A stretch of DNA of 64,000 bases, from positions 167,834,001-167,898,000 of the forward strand of contig OX597816.1 in NCBI GenBank assembly GCA_951406725.2, read 5' to 3'. Source of the DNA: Octopus vulgaris. Lineage: Eukaryota. The notes below the pieces were generated by a model, which had not been told where the DNA came from, made no database searches, and worked only from the letters and a program-made list of their open reading frames with translations. The number at the start of each line of letters is the position of its first letter. The first letter of the stretch is position 1. Positions 53,251 through 64,000 of the stretch are shown in pieces. The position numbers and the translations under genes are program-made.

Positions 53251-54485
53251 TCATCATCATCATCATAATCATCATCGTTTAATGTCTGCTTTCCATGCTG
53301 GCATGGTTTGAACGGTTTGACTGAGGGCTGGTGAACCAGAGGCTGCACCAGGCTCAATCTGATCTGGCAAAGTTTCTACAGCTTGATGCCCTTCCTAATG
53401 CCAACCACTCTGAGAGTGTAGTGGGTGCTTTTATGTACCACCAGCACAAGGGCCAGTCAGGTGGTTCTGGCAACGACCTCGTTCAAAAAGTGTTTTTATG
53501 TGCTACCTGCACTGGCAACGACCACGCTTGAATGTTGTTTTTGACACACACACACACACATACATACGCACACATAGTGCCAGTTAAAATGCATCCTACA
53601 CATTCCATTAAGTGATTGGCATTAGGAAGGGCATCCAGCCATAGAAACCATGCCAAAACTGACAATTGGAGCCTGGACAGCTCTCCACCTGGACAACTAT
53701 CAAACCATCCAGCCCATGACAGCATGGAAAACGGATGTGAGATGATGATGATGATTTACTGTTAAGGTGAGATCAACAAAACAGCAAAAAAAAAATGTAC
53801 CCCATGAAGTGAGAAATATTATTTAATGTACACTATTTTAAAATAAGAGCTGCTGATAGTTTCTTGCCGTTAAGACCTGTGGTTAGGTAGGATTTTATAA
53901 CATTCTTCATGTTGTCAAGCAATCTCTGGGCTCTGAGCACATGAAGATTGCTTGAGGACGCAAGCCACATTATAAATATCTGCCAAATCACATGTCTTAA
54001 TGGAAAGAAACAATAAGTAGCTCTTATTTTAATACAGTCTACATTAAATGATACATATATATCATCATCATCATCATCGTTCGTTTAACGTCCACTTTCC
54101 ATACTAGCATGGGTTGGACAATTTGACTGAGGACTGACAAACCAGATGGCTGCACCAGGCTCCAATCTTGATCTGGCAGAGTTTCTACAGCTTGATACCC
54201 TTCCTAATGCCAACCACTCTGAGAGTGTAGTGGGTGCTTTTACGTGCCACCGGCATGAGAGCCAGTCAGGTGGTACTAGCAATGGCCATGCTCAAATGGT
54301 GTTTTTTACGTGCCACCTGCACAGAAGCCAGTCCAGTGGCACTGGCAATGACCTCGCTCGAATAATTTTTCACGTGCCACTGGCACAAATGCCAGTAAGG
54401 CGACACTGGTAATGATTATGCTCGAATGGTGCTATTTACGTGCCACCAGCACGGAAGCCAGTTAACTGCTTGGATGGTGCTCTTA

Positions 54486-54518
<33 letters not shown>

Positions 54519-54537
54519 ATATATATATATATATATA

Positions 54538-54934
54538 GGCGCAGGAGTGGCTGTGTGGTAAGTAGCTTGTTTACCAACCACATGGTTCCGGGTTCAATCC
54601 CACTGCGTGGCACCTTTGGCAAGTGTCTTCTGCTATAGCCACGGGCCGACCAAAGCCTTGTGAGTGGATTTGGCAGACGGAAACTGAATGAAGCCCGTCG
54701 TATATATGTATATATATATATACGTGTGTGTGTTTGCATGTCTGTGTTTGTTCCCCTAGTATTGCTTGACAACCGATGCTGGTGTGTTTATGTCCCCGTT
54801 ACTTAGCGGTTCGGCAAAAGAGACCGATAGAATAAGTATTGGGCTTACAAAAGAATAAGTCCCGGGGTTGAGTTGCTCGATTAAAGGCGGTGCTCCAGCA
54901 TGGCCGCAGTCAAATGACTGAAACAAGTAAAAGA
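54538..54934 (+). mobile_element. SINE family A, full length
   Basis: Consensus head and tail; further copies at 22390, 44028, 45121, 51047, 52099 and 57855. Confidence 0.88.
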
Positions 54935-56454
54935 GTATATATATATATATATGCATATGTGTATGATGGGCTTCTTTTAGTTTCCATCTACCAAATCCAC
55001 TCGGTTCAGGGCTATAGTAGAAGCCAGTTGCTGAAGGTTCCACGCAGTGGGACTGAACCCAAAACCAAGTGGTTGGGAAGTAAGCTTTTTACCACACAGC
55101 CATGTCTGCTTCTATGTCTGTGATTCTCAACCTTTTTCCCCCTTATGGATCCCATTGTTTCCTAGTTTACTCAGATGGACCCCCATAACTATTGGATATT
55201 TAAAAAAAATCCTATCATATTTTTATAATTAAATATTATTAGGAAAGTATTCTTTTTAAATTTTTTTTTTATTTTACTTGTTTTAGTCATTTGACTGCAG
55301 CCATACTGGGGCACACCTTGAAGGATTTTAGTTGGATAAATTAAGCCTAGGACTTATTTTTTAAGCCTAGTACTTATTCTATCAGTCTCTTTTGCTGAAT
55401 GGCTAAGTTACAGTTATGTAAACATACCAACATTGGTTGTCAAGCAGTGATGGTGGGACAAGGACATGGACACGCACATATATGATACAATGGGCTTCTT
55501 TCAGTTTCCATTTACCAAATCAACTCACAAGGCTTTGGTCGGCCTGAGGCTATAGTAGAAGACTAAAATATTTTGTGTATTGCAAAAAAATCTTATACCC
55601 CCCCCCAAGTCATATGGACCCAGATTTGGGAACCAAGGATCTATGTGTTTGTTTGATTCTGTGTTTTGTTTTCTATGAATTTGAAGAGATATACTGCTTT
55701 CTTGCTTGCGCGTTTCAGAGATAGAGGCAACATCTAAACACATTGATTCAATGTTTGTAGGTATGTGGTACTTTGTTATGCAAACACAATATAACATGAA
55801 GTCATCATCATCACCATCGTTTAATGTCTCCTTTCCATGCTAGCATGGGTTGGACGATTTGACTGAGGACTGGCAAACCAGATGGCTGCACTAGACTCCA
55901 ATCTGATCTGGCAGAGTTTCTACAGCTGGATGCCCTTCCTAACGCCAACCACTCTGAGAGTGTAGTGGGTGCTTTTACGTGCATGAGGGCCAGTTAGGTG
56001 GTACTGGCAACGGCCACACTGAAATAGTGCTTTTTATGTGCCAACTGCACATATGTTTTTATAAGTCAGTACCACATTCTACTGTGTCAGCAGTGCTTGT
56101 TACATTATTTTTAAGGTTGTTTTTACAGATACTCTATAGAAGCTCTAGCCATCACTGATTTTGTTTTGAGACACGATGGGCTTCTTTCAGTTTCCATCTA
56201 CCAAATCCACTCACAATGCTTTGGTCGGTATGAGGCTATGATAGAAGACACTTGCCGAAGGTGTTATGCAATGGGACTGAACCTGGAACCATGTGGTTGG
56301 GAAGCAAACTCCTTACCACACAGCTTCGCCTGTAACATGTTTGAGATTGGAGACAAAAGTGGGTAATGAGTGTATATGTCATACTTCGGAGGTTGCTGCC
56401 CCTTCATCAGCACACATCAAACCCACTTCTGTCTCCGAAAACATTGCTTATATC

Positions 56455-57028
56455 ATCATCATCATTGTTCAACCGTGGTTGAGACAATGGAATTTACCAT
56501 GCTATGCCAAACTTCACGGTCCATCATAGCATTACGGAGGTCCTGTTGCTGGATGCCTGTATCCCTGGAGATTACATCGGGGTAGGAGAGTGTGCGCCCT
56601 CTGGTATTGTGAGTAGATGGCTTCCAGAGAAAATTAGAAATCATCTCGTTTTCAGCTCTACAACAATGTCCAGCAAACTGGACTCTCCTACCTTTCACAA
56701 GAGATGACACAGGTGGTAGTTTCCCATATATTCGCATTTTGGTTGGATGGCGCTTCCACGAGAGATTTTGAGCTCTCATGAGGAGGCGAGTGTAGGTTCC
56801 ATCCAACCGCCTCTCAAGCTTCTTTGATAATGTCCAGGTTTCTGAGCCATGTAGTAGAAATGGTTTGACTGTGGCTTTGAAAATTTCAAGTTTGAAGTCT
56901 CTACTTAGATTTGATGACCAGATCTTATGCATGTCATTACAGGCTGACCAGGCCATACCCTTTCTAGTTAGAAAATCTTTTCCCGATAATGATATGTATG
57001 ACCCAAGATATTTGTAATCAGAAACCAT
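56455..57028 (-). mobile_element. 5'-truncated RTE-type LINE, ORF2 C-terminus with (GAT)n tail
   Basis: DYKYLGSYI...KLEIFKATVKPFLLHGSETWTL...QFAGHCCR...RGRTLSY..MMDREVW; 188 aa open frame. Confidence 0.88.
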
Positions 57029-58556
57029 TAGTCACTGCATACAGTGGTGCTAAGTTATTCTCCTTGATCTCATTGTTTTTTTATATCTGACATCTCGATA
57101 CGAAATGTAGCAAAAACCAGTGATGGCTATAATTTATATAGAACTAGCACTATGACCCAGCAACGCCGGGTCATAGTGCTAGTGCATGCATATACAGCTG
57201 CGTGCGTGCGCACATACACACGAGTACTGTCCAAATCTCCGACTAATCACATACAGCTAGCTAGCATTCAATTGGCGTATCAAGTTTCGGGCATTTTGAT
57301 TGGGTTTTGGATAGAAAATTCACAAAAAAGTCACTTCTATTGATTTGTTAATGGCTTTGTGGGGTGACTGGGGAAATGTAAAGATGTGCATGACCACCCT
57401 TGGACGGTTTTGAGTAACCATAGAAAGTGTGAGCCCTCTAACTGAAAAATTGTGGATTTGTATAAAGGACATGCACATACACACACACATACACAGACAT
57501 TTTGACGTTTATGTATATAGAAATATCTGTAGAAACAACCTTGAAAATAACATACATTGATATAATATTCATGTGCATACAAGAATGTTGGTATATGCTT
57601 ATGTGTGCATGCATCAATTGAATTGAGGATTGCAGTAGAATTGATTAAAATATATTTGGGTGTGTGTCAGTGTGTCCTTGTGTGTATTTGCAGGTTATGT
57701 ATCTATTAGTGGCTTTTATTTGTTCAATCAACTGAAAAAGAGAGTTGCAACTAAGTCACCAGCCTTGAACGACTATGTAAATCCTGTAAATCTTTACAGC
57801 ATGTATTAAGTACATTTTCTCTAACTTAATACATCAAACACATACTTGCCACACAGTGGCTGTGTGGCAAGTAGCTTGCTTACCAACCACATGGTTCCGG
57901 GTTCAGTCCCACTGCGTGGCACCTTGGGCAAGTGTCTTCTACTATAGCCTCGGGCTGACCAAAGCCTTGTGAGTGGATTTGGTAGATGAAAACAGAAAGA
58001 AGCTTGTTGTATATCTCTTATTATAAAAGGCAGATTTTATCTGCCTCCCTTTGTATCTTATAGAAATCTACAATATAGGATTTCTTCAATTACAATTTAC
58101 CTAGCATTTTTAAGAGTAGAATGCATCGGGTCATGCCAGGTCCAGTTTTTAAAATTTAAACTCCAATTAAGCAAAATTTACAGAAAACTCACATTCTGGT
58201 GTGTATGTCAAATGCTTTTCTTAGTCTGGTTTACAGCACACGCAAACGCACACACACAGTGTGCTACGAATAAAGTGAAAGTAATTCAGTGTGTTGACAG
58301 GTAGACAATAGAATGCGGTGACGATGGCGATGTAATATTTGTTTCTGTCTATGACGCTGATAGATACATGAGTAAAATGTATGGGAAGCTAATAGATAAG
58401 AGTGAGTGAAAATGTTCTTGGAAGAGAGTAAATAGCGAGAGAGAGTGATTTGAGGAAGACTTTACATTAAATAACCGTAGTGGCTTGTGTTAGTAATAAA
58501 GTAAACATACACTCATACATACATACATACATACATACATACATACATACATACAT

Positions 58557-58589
<33 letters not shown>

Positions 58590-58638
58590 TACACACACAC
58601 ACATACATACATACACACACACATACATACATACACAT

Positions 58639-58669
<31 letters not shown>

Positions 58670-58919
58670 GTATTGAAGCTTGAGAACAATCAGATACATT
58701 TGCAACACATCTGTTGAAAATATTATTGTTCACACATACATATACATATATACATACAGACAGACAGACAGATAGACACACACACACACACATGATCCAG
58801 CATGGCCACAACCTCAAGGCTGAAACATATAAAAGAATAACAGAATATAAATGTGTGCATGTGTGAGAGAGAGAGAGTGTGTGTGTATATGTATGTATGT
58901 ATGTATATATATATAATAA

Positions 58920-59510
58920 TGCGGTTTTTTCAACAGCTTGAACTAAAAGTCAGAGGGGAATGGGATAAACTACTTATATTAACTTGCTATAAAAGCAGGT
59001 AGTAATTTTATCTTGTCCTTATTCATAGTGCAAGTTTTGAAGAGTGCATTTCGATTTTAACAGCTATTTTTTCAAAGCTATGTTGGAAGTAACAAAGGAG
59101 CATATCTGGCATATTTTACTTTATGAGTTCAATAAAGACAACAACGCAACGGAAAGTACAAGAAATATTAATGCAGTATATGGGGATTGGACAATAAGCG
59201 TAAGGCAGTGTCAATGGTGGTTCCAGAAATTCCGAGCCATAAACTACAGCCTAGAAGACGAGCCTCATCCTGAAAGATCTGTAGAACTCGACAAGGACAT
59301 CCTGAAAACCCTGGTGGAAAAAAATCTCATCGTAACTGTTGAGGAACTAGCAGAGAAGCTTGGATTTGGTCATTCAACCATTCATTGAGACCTGTGTGCT
59401 ATCGGAAAAGTCAGCAAATTGGGTCAATGGGTTCCTCACGAACTTTCCGAGTCTAATTGCATGCAGAGAGTGAATGTATGCTTTTCTTTGCTGTCACATC
59501 TCACCACTAC
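58920..59510 (+). pseudogene. Mariner transposase 5' half (Hsmar/SETMAR-like HTH), truncated by a Helitron
   Basis: HILLYEFNKDNNATESTRNINAVYGD..SVRQCQWWFQKFR..YSLEDE; after a stop, AIGKVSKLGQWVPHELSE. Confidence 0.85.
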
Positions 59511-59523
59511 TGCGCTATGTATA

Positions 59524-60160
59524 TCTATATATATAAAAATGTAGTTGTGTGAGTGTCTGTCCCCTTCGATTTAGATTCCTAACTACTCCCACATTTTGCG
59601 GTGCAGTTTAACCAAATTCGGGTAGCTTATAGTCGTGATTCATATCGAGCCCGTCTGATTATTAGCGCGCGTCTACGATGAGTCTACGATTTTAAAAATA
59701 ATTTAACATCATTTTTTATTCCATTTTAATGCATAATTTTTCGTGTGTCGATGGCGGCGGAGTTGGCGTCCACGCTCACACCTGCACCTGTGGGGAAGGG
59801 AGTGTAAGGAAATCAACGTCGTAATGCGTTGTCAAGGAGACCAGCGTTCTTTTAGAACAACGACTTCATGGCTTGAAGACACCAAAATAGAAATGGCTAA
59901 GAAAGCGTCTACATGAGTCTACGATTTAAAAAAAAATTTACCATCGTTTTTTTTCCATTTTAATGCATTTTTTCGCTATTATATAAGGGAAGTAACTCTC
60001 TAAAAATGTCTACGATGAGTCAACGATTTAAAAAAAAATTTACCATCATATTTTTTCCATTTTTAATGCATTTTTTGCTATTTTTTGGCTATAACTCTCT
60101 AAAAATGCTTATATAGTTATTTCCCTTACAAACCCGAGCAACGCCGGGCGATACTGCTAG
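59524..60160 (+). mobile_element. Non-autonomous Helitron-like element with internal sub-repeats
   Basis: A|TCTATATATAT start; CCCGAGCAACGCCGGG hairpin and CTAG|T end; three internal GTCTACGATGAGTCTACGATTT repeats. Confidence 0.78.
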
Positions 60161-60440
60161 TATATATATATTAGAAGGTTTGGAGATGATGTACAGGTAT
60201 TATATATTAGAAGAAATAAGGTACTCAGAAATCTGGATGGTTTTATATTTACAGATATTTAGTAATATGTCACATGTTTTTATAAATCATATATTAGCGC
60301 TTGCGTCCACTCTAGTGGAGTCGTCAGATTGAACTTTTTCAGAAATTTTGTCTTTTTTTAGTATTTAGTATTATTGAGTGTGTAGGGGTGGAGAGAGATA
60401 TAAGATAGTACAAGAGGGTGATGAATGGGGAGAAAGTGAG

Positions 60441-60677
60441 AGAGAGTGCATGTGTGTGTGTGTGTGCTTTTGTATCTGAAAGGTGTGTCAATGGAAAAGA
60501 GAAGGAAAGGAAGAAGGAAGAGTGAAAGAAGAAAAAATGTGTTGACATGTTTGCAGTTGGTCAGTTCTTTTAATAGGAAATGATTCTTGGCTTTTAGAAA
60601 TAGCAAACCCAGGTGGCCACTTCAAGGGGTAAATGTTATTTTTCAAAAAATTGTCTGGATTTCTTTTTATCATTGTC

Positions 60678-60726
<49 letters not shown>

Positions 60727-60950
60727 TGTATGTGTGTGTGTATATGCGCGTGTGTGTCGGTGTCTGTGTATCTGAAAGAAGTGTCAATGGAAAAGAGAAG
60801 GAAAGAAAGAAGGAAGAGAGAAAGAAGAAAAAATGTGTTGATATCTTTGCAGCTGGTCAGTTCTTTCAATAGAAAATGATTCTTGGCTTTTAGAAATGGC
60901 AAACCCAGGTGGTCACTCCAAGGAGGGTGGGGTGAATGTTAGTTTTCAAA
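60441..60950. repeat. Local tandem duplication (~290 bp period)
   Basis: GTATCTGAAAG.GTGTCAATGGAAAAGAGAAGGAAAG...GCAAACCCAGGTGG occurs twice. Confidence 0.85.
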
Positions 60951-60989
60951 AATATTCAGGTTATTACTATCAATATTCTCATGGAATAA

Positions 60990-61024
<35 letters not shown>

Positions 61025-61217
61025 ATAATAAATATTAGGGAATAAATCCAAATTTACAAGGAAAAATCAGATTTAAGATTGAATCCAATATTATAATAAA
61101 ATATTATATTATAATAAATTAGACAAAACCACTATTATGCAAATCAAACAAAGAAAGACTTAAGCCAATACATAAAATATAAAATAATTTATATAAATTA
61201 AAATTTAACAAATGAAT

Positions 61218-61269
61218 AACCACTACGATCGTTTCGTGTCAGCACATCTTAGACATTCTTCAGGTGGTT
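61218..61269 (-). ncRNA. Type I hammerhead ribozyme
   Basis: Minus strand reads AACCAC-CUGAAGA-AUGUC(11 nt)GACAC-GAAAC-GAUC-GUA-GUGGUU; palindromic stem III region. Confidence 0.8.
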
Positions 61270-61303
61270 TCTAAACCTTCTTAGCGAGTTATAAACTATG
61301 AAG

Positions 61304-61375
<72 letters not shown>

Positions 61376-61512
61376 GGAGATGTACTCGCATAGCAAGTAA
61401 TTTGATCTGAGATCGTGTGCTGAAACGAAAACAATTGCAGCGTGGAAGGTGTTTATAAGCCATTTAAGAAACACACAAAAGCCGTTCGATTCACTCCAAC
61501 ATTTAAGTTTAA

Positions 61513-61562
61513 TTTGTCAAAATATTTTCGTCGCTAAAATCTGCGACCTGTTCACTGACAAA
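61513..61562 (-). ncRNA. Hammerhead ribozyme with G3-C8 covariant core
   Basis: Minus strand reads UUUGUCA-GUGAACA-G-GUCGC(AGAUUUUA)GCGAC-GAAAAUAUUU-UGACAAA; lies in a repeat (61373-61580) also present, truncated, at 51934-52078. Confidence 0.65.
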
Positions 61563-62159
61563 GTCCGTGCTGCATCTAAGAAAGTAACAGTTAGTTCGTC
61601 ATATATATGTACGTATGTATGTGTGTATGTATGCATACATGTGTGTATGTACGTATGCATGTACGCACATACGCCTGTGTGTGCATGTATGTATGTATGT
61701 ATGTATATATGTACGTGTGTGTATAAGCACGCACATACACTCTATAAAACATAAAGTTATAAACCTGTAGCGATGGATGGATGTAGAGTGACCACTCATC
61801 ACAACGCTATCAAATTTCAACTCCCTACAGCCGAGGCTAGAAAGTGAATTTATGACGCTTGCTCACAAGAACTATACCCTAAAATCTATTATCAGATTTT
61901 TATCTCTATATCACAGCTAATAGTGCGTAGGAGGGGTCTGGACGTGTGTATGTATAGGACCAGCTAATAGTGCGTAGGAGGGGTCTGGACGTGTGTATGT
62001 ATAGGGTTGGTGTATGTATTAGTATGTATAAGGGTGTGTGTGTGTGTGTATGAGAGAGTATTAGTGCGTAGGATTGGTGTGGACGTGCGTATGTATGGGG
62101 TTGGTGTATGTATTAGTATGTATTAGTATGGCACATCATATATGATGTGATGTGTAAAG

Positions 62160-62630
62160 TCGTGTGGTGTAGTGTGGAGAGAGGAGAAGAGGGGGAGAGA
62201 GATGAGGAGGGGAGGAGGAAAGAGGGAGAGGGAGAGAGAGAAGGGGAGTGAGGGAGCAGAGGGAAGGGGAAGAGGGAAGGAGGGAGGGAGAAAGAGGGAA
62301 GAAGGGAAAGGGAGTAGGGGTGAAAGGATGAAGGACTGAAGAAGTAGGGGTCGGGGGGAAGGTAGGTGAGGAGGGGGAGACGGGGGTTAGATGAGGAGGG
62401 GGGAGAGTTGAGACCAAATGGCGTATAAGAGCGAAGAGAGAAGATTAATCCCTGTTCACGGCGCAAACGGGAATCCGGATGGCCTCTGTGTAAGGACAAA
62501 CCGAACACAGATAGGTGTTGCAAGGAGTGACCGGTGGAGCGGAAATGGCGTGAGACCGGTGTGTCGTTCGCAAGGTCGATGTCACGAAGGTGTTCCGCGA
62601 ACCGGTCAGCCAAGCGGCGTCCCGTTTGTC
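62160..62630 (-). mobile_element. Penelope-like element 3' fragment: GIY-YIG endonuclease C-terminus plus pyrimidine-rich 3' UTR
   Basis: [17 protein letters not shown]....[13 protein letters not shown]....[21 protein letters not shown] matches the PLE GIY-YIG tail (R..EH, HF, RE...I..L....P.GLN). Confidence 0.88.
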
Positions 62631-62694
62631 ATACATATATATATATATATATAAATATACCAATACACATGTATGTATGTATCTATGTATATAT

Positions 62695-62760
<66 letters not shown>

Positions 62761-62789
62761 ATATATATATACATACATACATGTGTATT

Positions 62790-62828
<39 letters not shown>

Positions 62829-62977
62829 ATACATTCGAACATATGCATAATACACGCGCGCGCGCGCACGCACAGACATGTGCTTGCAATTGAACGCAAA
62901 ATGGAAAAAAGTCAGTATGAAAAAGACAAGCTTTTTAAAAAAAGTTTTATTAATTTAACTCTTAAAAAGAAAGAAGA

Positions 62978-63011
62978 CTTCATATTTCGAGCACTAGTTC
63001 TTCATCAGAAG
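62978..63011 (-). ncRNA. Degenerate minimal hammerhead
   Basis: Minus strand reads CUU-CUGAUGA-A-GAAC(UAGU)GCUC-GAAAUAUG-AAG. Confidence 0.45.
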
Positions 63012-63338
63012 AAAGCTAGAGAAGTACAATAAAGGAAGAGACAAATTGAAACAATGTAGTTGGAGGTGAGAAAAGAATAAAAAGAAAAAGGTAAAGGGCC
63101 AGGGAAAAGCCGGTTCTGTGGAAGGGTTTAAGAGGGGTGGTGGAGGAGTGTGCATGAATCTGAGTGTATCGGTGTTTGGGGATGAGCATATGGTGGAGTT
63201 GTGTGTATATGTTTTTTAGAGATGTGTGGATGTGTAAACATGTCAAGTTTGTGAGTATAGTGACCCGGTATAGTGGGATGTGGGCCCTCCGCCAACCTTC
63301 CACAGGTTCACTATCGCCAAGTTTATTTCACTACTTGT

Positions 63339-63391
<53 letters not shown>

Positions 63392-64000
63392 GTGTGTGTG
63401 TGTGTGTATCTATCTGTCTATCTATCTACAATATTCTTTTCTACTCTAGGCACAAGGCCCGAAACTTTTTTTGGGGTGGGGGGCAGTCGATTAAATTGAC
63501 CTCTGTACGCAACCGATACTTAATTTATCGACCCCGAAAAGATGAAAGGCAAAGTCGACCTCGGTGGAATTTGAACTCAGAACGTAAAGACAGACGAAAT
63601 ACTGCTAAGCATTTCGCCCGGCGTGCTAACGTTTTTGTCAGCTCGCCGCCTTATACAATATTATAAATATTAAAAAGCCAGAAACAAATACACGCCTAAA
63701 TAAATATAATCACACATGACTTAATACTATTTACGATATAAAAACAATTAACGATTATTTATTTACTTCACAAAGTAAGTTAACCTTACAGCAAGTATCG
63801 CGAAAGCGAAAACTTTCAATATATAACGTACATATATAAGCCGAGACACACGTATATCAATATATTCTTCTTTTTTTTGCTATATTCCTAGCATTTGAGC
63901 AATTAATAGTCGAATAAACCATGTATAGAATCAACCATCGATTTAAAATATATTCAAGTTTATTCCCTGCTCGAGGAGTTCCTTCTGAATTCGAGCGTCC

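Overview
AT-rich, microsatellite- and retroposon-dense animal genomic DNA. The SINE and repeat repertoire resembles octopus (coleoid cephalopod); this is an inference from recalled repeat families, not a database hit. Only one host coding exon is supported: the terminal exon (48690-49268, +) of a LYSMD3/4-type LysM-domain membrane protein. I could not find its upstream exon, so most of 1-48689 is probably one very large intron. The rest is tRNA-derived SINEs, 3' fragments of RTE and CR1 LINEs, Penelope-like element (PLE) remnants with GIY-YIG motifs, mariner remnants, TTAA-type MITEs and non-autonomous Helitrons. The most notable hidden signal is about a dozen type I hammerhead ribozyme (HHR) motifs from several unrelated short repeat families, many in inverted or tandem PLE-like pLTR arrangements. 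They include a tRNA-headed, SINE-like element carrying an HHR and an HHR with a compensatory G3-C8 core. Repeat boundaries are approximate; ribozyme and exon coordinates were counted by hand.
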